From Eledone cirrhosa (Eukaryota), in contig OZ024741.1 in assembly GCA_964016885.1 (NCBI GenBank), positions 182,094,001 to 182,158,000 on the forward strand: DNA of 64,000 nucleotides, read 5' to 3'. The position numbers and the translations under genes are program-made. The notes under the pieces are model-generated. The model searched no databases and was not told the DNA's origin. It saw only the letters and a list, made by a program, of their open reading frames with translations. The first letter of the stretch is position 1. The number at the start of each line of letters is the position of its first letter. Shown one piece after another: positions 1-16,904 of this stretch.

Positions 1-257
1 TTTCTTAAGCAAACCCTTAATTTATCAAAATTCAAGATTCCCAGTTTGTGTGATTGCTAATGTATCCAGTAATCCTGCTACATACAGCATATCATTCTAG
101 CTTCCAAAAACTAAATACGTCATTATTGATGACATTGGCCTACTAGTAAAATATAAAGTCCCAAGAACTATTGTGAGTAATATAAGTTCAGTTAGCAGGG
201 ATAAATAAAAAAATAAAAAGATCACACACAGCTGCATGCACACACAAACACCAGAGC

Positions 258-324
<67 letters not shown>

Positions 325-327
<3 letters not shown>

Positions 328-384
328 CGGATCTAGCTGTCGATACGGCCGGACCACAGCCGTCGGGGTCCTGAATCTGTTCAT
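325..384 (+). mobile_element. Diverged short copy of (TA)n-embedded family B element
   Basis: tagctgtcgatacggccggaccacagccgtcggggtcc resembles tagccgtcgaaacggcttgagctcagccgtcggggtcc of the copies at 13.2, 35.0, 42.8 and 62.3 kb; flanked by (TA)n. Confidence 0.55.
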
Positions 385-403
385 ATGTATATATATATAT
401 ATA

Positions 404-1071
<668 letters not shown>

Positions 1072-1105
1072 GAAACGAAAGGAGCTGTGTGGTTACTGTA
1101 AACAA

Positions 1106-1343
1106 AGTTTAAGATGGTAGTATGGACGAAACAATAGAAGAAAAAAAAAAGAAGAAAATAATCATTCATCAGCTGTAAAACCGAGATCAAGATGTTTCGA
1201 CGCTTAATACAAGACATCTATAAGCGGATCGGATGTCCTGTATTAAGCGCCGAAACATCTTAATCTCGGTTTTACAGCTGATGAAGGATACTTTTCTTCT
1301 TTTCATTTCTTCTATTGTTTCGTCCATACTACTATCTTAAACT
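1106..1343. mobile_element. Imperfect fold-back palindrome (about 110-bp arms)
   Basis: agtttaagatggtagtatggacgaaacaatagaag... mirrored by ...cttctattgtttcgtccatactactatcttaaact; short spacer near 1220-1231; ends in (TA)n. Confidence 0.75.
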
Positions 1344-1487
1344 ATATATATATACATATGCGTGTATGTGCACATGTGCATGTATATTTGTGTGCGTGTG
1401 TGTGCGCGCGCGCACGTGTGTGTGTATATGTATATTTATGTATGTGTATATATTTATGCATGTATATATATATATATATATATATAT

Positions 1488-2058
1488 GGTGGCTGCCAAC
1501 TCGTTTCGAGTACGGCCACTACTTTATATCCATGTAGGAGAACTCCTACTGATGCGCTGCACGAGTGTGACTTTTTAGTCCAGCCAGCGACTTGAAACTC
1601 TGGTACAAACACTACACTTGTGACAATTATTGACACACAGTGCTGGGCCCTTGGTACCATGCGACGACAAGTGCAGAGAGATCTCCAGATATAAAGCAAT
1701 GCCTGTGCCGTGAAGCTTTTATAGTGAGCAAAGGCACTGCACAAAGCCAGTCCCACTCTCTTAACCAAGATGATATTTACCAAAAAGAAGAACAAGTCAA
1801 CATCATTGGATACCATCAGAGTTGCAGGTGTTATATCAGTTTTCTTTCTCCTAGAAATCTGCCTTGACAAAGGCTAAGGGGTCATCTCTCCCGGTGATTT
1901 TGGATAGCCATTGACTCTTAAGAGCTGCTTTGACAGGTTTTGTTTTTAGTCCTGCAGGATGTCCAAAGTCACCCTCCTCACCAAGAAACTTGGTGGGGTT
2001 GCCAGTTTAGTCGCCAACGACCCGACCATGAGACAGGTTGTACTGGGATACATGTTAC

Positions 2059-2060
<2 letters not shown>
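1488..2060 (-). mobile_element. RTE-like LINE derivative (internally deleted, 3' end with terminal hairpin)
   Basis: Minus strand encodes FKSLAGLKSHTRAAHQ* (RTE-like C-terminal Zn motif), then ggccgtactcgaaacgagttggcagcca, which resembles the motif at 43855, 43967 and 44627. Confidence 0.5.
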
Positions 2061-2105
<45 letters not shown>

Positions 2106-2809
2106 TATATATATATATAGTTCAAAGAAGCAACACACAGAGGTTCAATGGTTCAGAGCTTTATATGGGAAAAAGAAAAAGAAAGATATTCTCATACTTC
2201 ACCCAACAACAGAATAATAGTAAACTAATATAACAAACCCAAACCAGCCAGGACCCACCACACAAATACATTCACTTAGCTAGAAAACAAGTTTTAACAC
2301 GATAAACGATGTCCACTAAAAGCAAATCACCCACCAAATATTTCATGTCTAATCAACAAAATCTGAAACTCATAAAATATTAATAAATCTAAACGGAATG
2401 TAACCACCTCAAAGAAAACGATGTCGTAATGAAGACAAACTTTCTATACTTGAACTAAGGGGTGACGAACTTCAGGCTACAATCTACCGTATTTCAAAAA
2501 CAATACATTTATTGTTAATATTATTTGTTCGTTATAATTATTTCGTTTCTACTAATTCGAATATCAACCTATGTTGTTAATATATCTACGTACACACCAT
2601 TGAACACATATCTCTCAATACACTTTTAGTTGCTTTTAAGTCTGAATTTCCATTTGAAATGTTAAGATAGATTAACTAACATATGAAATGTGACAGATTC
2701 TTAAGATGTATATTTAAATAGCTGGCCATGTGAGAATTCAACGATTTAATTAGAAACAACCCCAAAGTATAAAATACCATTAAGACATTACAAATGTTTT
2801 ATTTATGTT

Positions 2810-2880
<71 letters not shown>

Positions 2881-4198
2881 ACTGTATTGTGAAGAAGATC
2901 AATGTTGCCGCTGCTACAACCACCACCACCGCCTGTATTTATAAGTAGAATATTCCCACGGCAGAGGGAACAGGTGATACAGAATGTTCTAGATCACTCT
3001 AGAACATAATCTTCGCCTAAGATATTACAAGTAAGGCAGTGACAAATATTTTTGATTTGTGATGACAAATCAAAGGCAAGCTGTGATTGATTGCCAAATA
3101 CAGACGGTGTGTTTCGGCAGAAAATGAAAGTTGTTGACTAGACAAACCCATTTCCTGACGGAAAGACAATGCGTTCGAACCACACAATACCTAAAAAGAT
3201 TCGTATTCACTATGCAGTAATAGGAAATAGATATTACTAATTACGTGATGAATAAGAAAGACAAAGACATTTACGTAGTGATAGAAATGTTGACTCTGAC
3301 ATACCAATATGAAAGATATCAGTCACGTCATCAGCAGTTGTCCAAAAATATCCACTAGGATTATTTTCCCATGAGACATGACATAGCGGCGTAAAGTACT
3401 TACAACGTTATCCACGTGATGAATCACCCTGTTGCTCATAGAAAAGACACAGCAGCAGCAGAATGTAACCACACCTTTAAAATATATATGTAAAAAAGAA
3501 TATACTGGTAACAGACTCCAATACAAACAGCAATCCGGTGTAAATACAACAGATGTGATAACGATCTATGGGCAAATCTGCATTGCTGTAAAGGTCTAAT
3601 GGATGTGAATGTATCGTCTAATGCTGGGGGAAAAGAAAATATCTATTATAATCCAATGCAGAAATTACAAATCTAGTATCGCGTGTATAGTTTCATATGT
3701 TCTTATTAGCATAAGTGCACTGGGTTATGTAACAACAGATTTGCACGAATCTCTGGAAATGTTGGCACCCCCCACTAAAAAAAAGAACTAGTTAAACTGA
3801 TTCACATTTTCTAAATCCTATTGATTTGTAAAACATTTCAAAGATTCTCCATTTGAGATTCCTTGAATGAATATATTATACATACAATTACATGCCTGCA
3901 TATGACATACACACAAACAAAAACAACACACATACATTTGTGTATCAAAGAAAATCTACACAAATAACATGCATGTACATCTGCCCATACACTTACATAT
4001 ATGCACTAAATAACGCACGCGAATAATTACAAACCCCGGGAACTGCCTAAGTCCAATGCGAAAAGTCTTATCACTTTATTAAAGACCCGCCTGAATTCTG
4101 CGGAGCGGAACTTATATAAACCTAAAAGAAATCATAAATACATACATTTATATATAAAAAATACATTCGCAAATTAACAAGCGAAATACATATTAAAT

Positions 4199-4257
<59 letters not shown>

Positions 4258-4831
4258 ATTTATCTCATAGCATGGTCTCAAATTTCAAATAGTGGGCCAT
4301 CCGTTCTCACCAGTGACATAACTAGGAAATATACTGGTTTGGAGTATCTAATATATAGCCTTTCCGTAAAATAATAATATTTTAAAAAGAAAACGCTGCA
4401 GTCTACTTGGAGAAAACTACGTGGGAAAGCTGCATAATGACGATCATGTTCACAGTTACATCTGTGACATTATGACGTGAGAAAGCCAATCTGTTTTAGC
4501 ACCATTCCCACGTCATAATGATACGGATTATATATGATTAATTATGTTATGCATTTTATATTAAACATTTTTGACCTCTGAATTTTGTCTGGCTTTAGAA
4601 TTTTATCGACTCCTAGTCATTTATCGGCCCTTGTACACATTCACTGTATACTGGGGACTATATCTACCACTTAGACAAAAACCTACTTGGCTACAATCCA
4701 ACGATTAGAAACAGGAAAACAATAAAAGAACACATAAATACAATGAAATTATTACGTTTCCGGTGTGATTTTACATCAAAAGGTGAGATATTTTTGTGAA
4801 ATTTATTCGATTTATCTAAACGGAATATATT

Positions 4832-5020
4832 ATGGATTGGCAGTATCGGTAGAGGATCGGACGCGATGCTTTGCAAGCATAGAGTTACGACCTTTTATGG
4901 TCTGAGTTCAAATCCCGCCGAGGTTAACTTTGCCTTTCATCCTTACGGGGTCGATAAAATAAAGCACCAGTAATACACTGGGATAATTGCTGGCATTGTG
5001 CCAAAAGTAGAAACAATTAT
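4832..5020 (+). mobile_element. tRNA-headed SINE family 1 (Meta/MESC-like central domain)
   Basis: A-box-like TGGCAGTATCGG, B-box GAGTTCAAATCC, then GCCGAGGTTAACTTTGCCTTTCATCCTTACGGGGTCGATAAAATAAAG; repeated more than 10 times in the window. Confidence 0.85.
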
Positions 5021-5320
5021 ATTGGTTACACGAAATATATTTTGAATAAGCATCAGGGAAAATAAAAAATGTATTTCAGTTACGGTTTAAAAAAATATAA
5101 AATAATTCTTTAGATGTCTTTGCCAAGACTACAAGAGTTTTAGCTCAATAACTCTTACATCATATTTTTGAAGCTTAAGACAGTTATTCATATGTTTTAA
5201 GAATACTGGAGATACCAATGTGACTCATAAACCTTTTATAGATGGGAACATAGTAATGGGATATAGCAAGCCACACACACACCACACACACATACATATA
5301 TATTGTACATACACACACAT

Positions 5321-5370
<50 letters not shown>

Positions 5371-5448
5371 CTTCGGATTTTGGTTTTCGTAATTATTATT
5401 ACTATATATGTGTGTGTGTTCGAGATAGAGTGTGTATGTATACAGATA

Positions 5449-6042
<594 letters not shown>

Positions 6043-6727
6043 CAATAAAAGAACAAATAAGTAGATAAATAAATGTTGCATAGTAGTTAATCATTTGTTT
6101 CAATTCCCGCCCTCCTTGCCATTGTATTTGTCTTATAAGACTCGGGATTGTTTGATCTTGGTATCACAACCCTTCAGTTCCTGCCTGCCCATGATTTTAT
6201 GTTCATCAGACTTACTTGTCTGTCTATCTGCATGTGTGTGTTCCATACATAGTTATCTGTCCTCGGGTTTCATTTATTCCAAACGACACCTTTCTAATTT
6301 GCAAGTATCGTCGTGATCCAATTCTTTACCTATCGAAAAACCGTTGGTTTAGAAGATTTGGCTGAATTTCGGAATTTTTCGTTGTTATTGCTGCTTTCGT
6401 CAAGTTTCCCATTTTGTTTTTTGGGGTTTTTGTTTTTATCCATTTGTTTTCTGTGCATTCCTGTATATTCGTCTTTTGTCCCATTTCCACTTGTTTGATT
6501 ACACTGGATTTATCAAATACTACAATGCAACACAATACTGTCTCATCTTTCAAACCTTTGGTTTATTATAAATATATATATATAAATTTGAGTATGTGCT
6601 GGTTGCTTACCTACATTTCAGTATGCATTAACAACACCACATTTTGGATCTTGGCATATCAACGAATTAACAAGGTAAACTTTATTTCACCGTTATGTTT
6701 CCTTGTTTTTTTTTCGTTTAACTTCTA

Positions 6728-6786
6728 GCTGCCTGATGAGGTCATAACTGTTGAATAATGGTTATCACCGAAATATATATTCCAGC
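6728..6786 (+). ncRNA. Minimal type I hammerhead ribozyme motif (slightly degenerate stem I)
   Basis: gctgc-CTGATGA-ggtcataac..gttatcacc-GAA-ATATATAT-T-ccagc. Confidence 0.55.
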
Positions 6787-6835
6787 GAATATGAATAAAC
6801 GAAGTTAATTTTAACCTGTTGACTTACACTTCTTG

Positions 6836-6881
<46 letters not shown>

Positions 6882-6968
6882 GACAAAGGAAAACGGAAAC
6901 AACGAAGTAAACAATACAGTACAATGAATAAATATACTAGTTTAACGCTAGATATAGTATGAAAAAAG

Positions 6969-7004
6969 TCTTAACGTTTCGGAAACAAATCCTTCGTCAG
7001 AAGA
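6969..7004 (-). ncRNA. Minimal type I hammerhead ribozyme motif
   Basis: Minus strand tctt-CTGACGA-a-gga-tttgtt-tcc-GAA-ACGT-T-aaga: palindromic stem III typical of Penelope-associated hammerheads. Confidence 0.7.
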
Positions 7005-7814
7005 TAGAAAGAGAAATAAGAGAAGAAATAGAAATATAGTCAGGAAAAGAAGGAACGGAAAAGAAAATTTTTGAAGAAAAAGCACGGGTGTATTCAGCCA
7101 ACCATTTTTGTAAAATGCTGGTCAGTGCTGTCTTAGATATTAGCGATGTTTCCAAAGGGGTAGAATCATTGTAAATTTTGACTGGACATTTGTGTGTGTG
7201 TTGGTTTGTTTCTTTGTCTGTGCAAAGCTGTGAATGGATGTGCGCTGGGCTCTAACAAGGCTGCCTGTTGTGAGAGTATAGAGGTGTGAGTGAACGCGCG
7301 CATGAGCTGACCAACACAGTGTGTATGTGAAAGTTTGTGTACATATACATATAGACACACAAGTAGAAACAGTCGCAATGGGTTGTAGAGAAAAGAATGT
7401 GGTTGCGAATATAATCGTGGCCTTGTCTCATTTTGTGGGTAAGCCATAAGAGAAACCACTTGGCTTCGGGTACGACGATATGGTTGTACAACCGCAAATG
7501 GCTGAACTAGAAAGTGTAGTGCCACAGCATACGGGGTGAGGGATAAAGTCGGGAAGTGTTAGGGGTGTAGAAAATGTTGGGAAACATTTAACGCTGGTAG
7601 CGCCACAACCCAGGCACTGTGTGTCATGCAAACATAATCACGTTCGTCACTGAGCAATATGTATTTTTCTGGGGGCCCTGGAGCGGCACATATTCTAGCT
7701 ACGTCACTGATCAACAGTTCGTCAATCATAACCGTCCTGTCATTTTAGGTGTATATAAGAGGTCTATGTGCACGCGTCTGTGTTTGTGTATATATAATAA
7801 TATATATATAACAA

Positions 7815-8000
7815 TTTTGGGGGAGGGGAAAGTTGATTAAATCGGCCCCAGTGAGTGACTGGTACTTTATTTTATCGACTCCGTAAGGATGAAAGGCAAA
7901 GTTAACCTCAGCGGGATTTGAACTCAGAACATAAAGAGCCGTAACTCTATGCTGCAAAGCATGGCGTCCGACCCTCTACCCATACTGCCAATCCACCACC
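7815..8000 (-). mobile_element. SINE family 1 (long 3' variant)
   Basis: Reverse complement of the 4832 family with extra ggggccgatttaatcaactttcccctcccccaaaa segment. Confidence 0.85.
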
Positions 8001-8039
8001 CTCATATATATATATATAACAATAATTAAAATGATTGGG

Positions 8040-8455
8040 TACAGTGCTCAGGTGCACTACAACTCATCAAATGTGTATGTATAGTACATAGAATAATGTA
8101 GAAATGTCAGGAAAGTGAACAGTGTATGAATCATGTTATACACACAGATACATGCATGCGTGTGTACGGAGGCGGAATATCAGGTGTAGTGTTGGTGAAT
8201 TTCAGGAAGCATGGACATTTTGAAGGATGCAGTGTCCCGACAGGTAACAACCGATGCAGTTAGTTTGTTCCTTGCTTCAGCAACTCTGAGCGGGGAAAAA
8301 TGTTTCCGAAAGTCATCGTAGCTGTAATGTTTTCTGATTTTGTAAGCATATCTACTGGTGTTAGACACATGGAATTCAGGGTTGTTGTTGGAAAGATGGT
8401 TAATAATCAGTTGCCAGATGTTGGAGATTTAATGTATGGAGGCAAAACATTCAGA
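8040..8455 (-). mobile_element. CR1/L2-like LINE 3' remnant
   Basis: Minus ORF FRKHFSPLRVAEARNKLTASVVTCRDTASFK resembles the CR1-group ORF2 C-terminal motif RxxFFxxRVxxxWNxLPxxVV...FK. Confidence 0.55.
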
Positions 8456-8879
8456 GTATGTGTGTGTTTACATACATATATTATCAAATAATGCACTCAT
8501 TTATATGTAAAAACAAATAAAAAACAATCAGTATATAATGGTAACTGAATTGTTGTAATTGTATAATTTTTTTTATTTCTTTTCATGTATCTCTTTTGAC
8601 TAAAACGTGTCTAATCATTAAAGTAGACCGCAACCTGTTGTAGACACCAACGAGCGAGCCTCTACGTGGTGGCTCAACCCGTTGGAAATAGCAGTCAAAC
8701 ACCCAAAAAATAAACAACCAAATGAATTGTATAAGAACAGAATGTATTAAATAATAATTCTTATATACCTTAAATGACTAGATTGTGATTAAAATTCCTT
8801 TGATAATAGGCTTGCTCCATGAGAGTTGACCTGGGGTTAAAAAATAAGAAAAACAAGAACGACAACAAAAATGAAACAG

Positions 8880-11800
8880 CAGCAGCAATAGCAACAGTAA
8901 GTACAATAAGAAGAACAACAATTTCAGCAATAGCAACAATAAGTACAGTAAGAATAACAACACCTTCAGCAATAGCAACAATAAGTACAGCAAGACAACA
9001 ACAACTTTAGCAACAGTAAGTACAGTAAGAACAACTTCAGCAATAGCAACAGTAAGCACAGTAAGACAACAACAGTAAGTACAGCAATAGCAACAGTAAG
9101 TACAGTAAGACAACAACAACTTCAGCAATAGCAACAGTAAGTACAGTAAGAATAACTACTTCAGCAATAGCAACAGTAAGTACAGTAAGAATAACAACAA
9201 CTTCAGCAATAGCAACAGTAAGTACAGTAAGAATAACAACAACTTCAGCAATAGCAACAGTAAGTACAGTAAGAATAACAACAACTTCAGCAATAGCAAC
9301 AGTAAGTACAGTAAGAATAACAACAACTTCAGCAATAGCAACAGTAAGTACAGTAAGAATAATAACACCTTCAGCAATAGCAACAGTAAGTACAGTAAGA
9401 CAAAAAAAACTTCAGCAATATCAACAGTAAGTACAGTAAGAACAACTTCAGCAATAGCAACAGTATGTACAGTAAGACAACAACAACTTCAGCAATAGCA
9501 ACAGTAAGTACAGTAAGAATAATAACTTCACCAATAGCAACAGTATGTACAGTAAGACAACAACAACTTCAGCAATAGCAACAGTAAGTACAGTAAGAAT
9601 AATAACAACTTCAGCAATAGCAACAGTAAGTATAGTAAGAATAACAACAACTTCAGCAATAGCAACAGTAAGTAAAGTAAGAATAACAACAACTTCAGCA
9701 ATAGCAACAGTAAGTAAAGTAAGAATAACAACAACTTCAGCAATAGCAACAGTAAGTACAGTAAGAATAACAACAACTTCAGCAATAGCAACAGTAAGTA
9801 CAGTAAGACAACCACAACTTCAGCAATAGCAACAGTAAGTACAGTAAGAATAACAACAACTTCAGCAATAGCAACAGTAAGTACAGTAAGACAACAACAA
9901 CTTCAGCAATAGCAACAGTAAGTACAGTAAGACAACAACAACTTCAGCAATAGCAACAGTAAGTACAGTAAGACAACAACTTCAGCAATAGCAACAGTAA
10001 GTAGAGTAAGAACAACAACAACTTCAGCAATAGCAACAGTAAGTACAGTAAGAATAACAACAACTTCAGCAATAGCAACAGTAAGTACAGTAAGACAACC
10101 ACAACTTCAGCAATAGCAACAGTAAGTACAGTAAGAATAACAACAACTTCAGCAATAGCAACAGTAAGTACAGTAAGACAACAACAACTTCAGCAATAGC
10201 AACAGTAAGTACAGTAAGAATAACAACAACTTCAGCAATAGCAACAGTAAGTACAGTAAGAATAACAACAACTTCAGCAATAGCAACAGTAAGTACAGTA
10301 AGAATAACAACAACTTCAGCAATAGCAACAGTAAGTACAGTAAGAATAACAACAACTTCAGCAATAGCAACAGTAAGTACAGTAAGAATAACAACAACTT
10401 CAGCAATAGCAACAGTAAGTACAGTAAGAATAACAACAACTTCAGCAATAGCAACAGTAAGTACAGTAAGAATAACAACAACTTCAGCAATAGCAACAGT
10501 AAGTACAGTAAGAATAACAACAACTTCAGCAATAGCAACAGTAAGTACAGTAAGAATAACAACAACTTCAGCAATAGCAACAGTAAGTACAGTAAGAATA
10601 ACAACAACTTCAGCAATAGCAACAGTAAGTACAGTAAGAATAACAACAACTTCAGCAATAGCAACAGTAAGTACAGTAAGAATAACAACAACTTCAGCAA
10701 TAGCAACAGTAAGTACAGTAAGAATAACAACAACTTCAGCAATAGCAACAGTAAGTACAGTAAGAATAACAACAACTTCAGCAATAGCAACAGTAAGTAC
10801 AGTAAGAATAACAACAACTTCTGCAATAGCAACAGTAAGTACAGTAAGTATAACAACAACTTCAGCAATAGCAACAGTAAGTAAAGTAAGAATAACAACA
10901 ACTTCAGCAATAGCAACAGTAAGTACAGTAAGAATAACAACTTCAGCAATAGCAACAGTAAGTACAGTAAGAATAACAACAACTTCTGCAATAGCAACAG
11001 TAAGTACAGTAAGTATAACAACAACTTCAGCAATAGCAACAGTAAGTAAAGTAAGAATAACAACAACTTCAGCAATAGCAACAGTAAGTACAGTAAGAAT
11101 AACAACAACTTCAGCAATAGCAACAGTAAGTAAAGTAAGAATAACAACAACTTCAGCAATAGCAACAGTAAGTAAAGTAAGAATAACAACAACTTCAGCA
11201 ATAGCAACAGTAAGTACAGTAAGAACAACAACAATTTTAGCAATAGCAACAGTAAGTACAGTAAGACAACAGCAACTTCAGCAATAGCAACAGTAAGTAC
11301 AGTAAGACAACAACAACTTCAGCAATAGCAACAGTAAGTACAGTAAGACAACAACAACAACTTCAGCAATAGCAACAGTAAGTACAGTAAGAACAACAAC
11401 AACTTCAGCAATAGCAACAGTAAGTACAGTAAGAATAACAACAACTTCAGCAATAGCAACAGTAAGTACAGTAAGAACAACAACAACTTCAGCAATAGCA
11501 ACAATAAGTACAGTAAGACAACAACAACTTCAGCAATAGCAACAGTAAGTACAGTAAGAATAACAACACCTTCAGCAATAGCAACAGTAAGTACAGTAAG
11601 AACAACAACAACTTCAGCAATAGCAACAGTAAGTACAGTAAGAATAACAACAACTTCAGCAATAGCAACAGTAAGTACAGTAAGAACAACAACAACTTCA
11701 GCAATAGCAACAGTAAGTACAGTAAGACAACAACAACTTCAGCAATAGCAACAGTAAGTACAGTAAGAACAACAACAACTTCAGCAATAGCAACAGTAAG

Positions 11801-12000
11801 TACAGTAAGAATAACAACACCTTCAGCAATAGCAACAGTAAGTACAGTAAGACAACAACAACTTCAGCAATAGCAACAGTAAGTACAGTAAGAACAACAA
11901 CAACTTCAGCAATAGCAACAGTAAGTACAGTAAGAACAACAACAACTTCAGCAATAGCAACAGTAAGTACAGTAAGAACAACAACAACTTCAGCAACAAC
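8880..12000. repeat. 42-bp minisatellite, about 3.1 kb (roughly 75 units)
   Basis: Unit cttcagcaatagcaacagtaagtacagtaagaataacaacaa, with 41-bp and 38-39-bp variants. Confidence 0.97.
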
Positions 12001-12059
12001 AATTGCAGGAACAGTAAAACAAAAGGTGCAACAACGCCAACAACGATAGCACCAACAAA

Positions 12060-15380
<3,321 letters not shown>

Positions 15381-15849
15381 ATAGATAGATAAATGAGGTA
15401 AAAAATATTTCGATCATAAAAATCAATGGATGTGGTGGCGGGGGGAGGAGGGTATGCGGCCATTTCATTGACGTCATAGGCAACGGTGGTTTAGTTCTCA
15501 TTCTTGATATCGACATTAAATAACAACAACAACAACAATAATCGTAATAATAATAAAAGTAATATTAATAATAAATAATAATAATAATAATCGTAATGAT
15601 ATTTATAGGAAGTCGAAATATGTTTAAGTATACAAAAATGCACACACACACAAAACACACACATACACACTTACAAAGAGAGAAATGCACACATCACGGC
15701 ATAAACACTCAAACACTCTAACACGCTTACAAACATACACACATGTATGTTTGTATGTATGTATGTATGTATGTATGTATGTATGTATGTATATGTATGT
15801 ATGTATGTATGAATGAATATCATACATCTGCAAGGAAATACATTCTCAC

Positions 15850-16900
15850 CCTACCGTTAAAAAAATCAATGGATAATTTCGTCCTAGGTACAGTGTTATA
15901 AATATATATGTAAAGCCTTTATAGATTTTCTTTTTAGTTATTGAGTTTTTATCTCCAATCGAAAACATTTGTATGTTATGCACCTTGCTGATAAGGTCCT
16001 GGACATCTGATTTGCTTTCATCAGATCTATCCTGGTGTTTTCTCATAGGAAATTCTAAGATGTTGATCAAGCCTGCATAGATGACATCTTTAGGCTCTTT
16101 CCAAGAAGCCTTAATATCATCAGAAATCTGGACGAGTTTTGCATAAAGTTCCAGCCTCATATGCGAGTATCTCAAAGCACCCTAATCAACCTTGGGTGTG
16201 ATAGGAGCTTTTAAAGACGCCGCTTGTTGGGAATATTGAATAAGACTTTACTGCGCAGCAGTGCATGATCCGGGAGATAGCAAGATGAGTGAAACGTGTG
16301 AGTGAATTTGAAATCTTTTATGTCACGCCTGTGTGTGATGACATTGTCAATCATGTGCCAATCCTTGGATCTAGAATGCAGCCATGTTGTCTTATGGTTT
16401 GCAGGTTATTGAAAAAAAGTATCAGTGATGCTAAGATCAAATTCCTCGCGGAGTAAAATCAGCCTAACCCATTTCATGTCATAGCTCAGACTCTATTAAA
16501 CTAAAGGACGCTATGCTATGTCTGATAGTCATTTCCATCTCTATTTGAATCTCTCATTATGATGAGCTTGTTCTTGTATTGAACAGCGTATCATAGAATA
16601 TTTTGATATCCTGTTCAGATGAATAGAGAATTGGCGTGTTACAACTCACTAGTGTAAAAGAGGTGTTCTTTGCTAGAGAAAGAAAGTGTCATGATACAAT
16701 CACTGACACCTTTAGGGAATGATGTTAGAGATTTAGCAATGTCAGATCTAATGGTAAAACCAACACCAGATTGACGGTGGTATTCTTCACTTTTTCCGGG
16801 AAAAATGACTGTACACTTTTCCTATTTCTTCAATTTAGGATGTGCCAGAATCGGGTTTCAATTATGGCACAGGTATCGATATTATATCTATTGAATGCAT
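15850..16900 (-). mobile_element. RTE/BovB-like LINE, AP endonuclease and linker region (inverted), degenerate
   Basis: Minus strand translates RYNIDTCAIIETR, RQSGVGFTIRS, KGVSDCIMTL and RKHQDRSDE, matching RTE motifs RYNIDIAALSETR, GVGFAI and KHQDWFDE. Confidence 0.8.
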
Positions 16901-16904
16901 TGCA

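Noticed and set aside
10149-11249. 366-aa Leu-rich ORF resembling a membrane protein
   Set aside because: Antisense reading of the 42-bp minisatellite
8880-12000. CRISPR-like regular array
   Set aside because: No unique spacers, no cas genes, eukaryotic context
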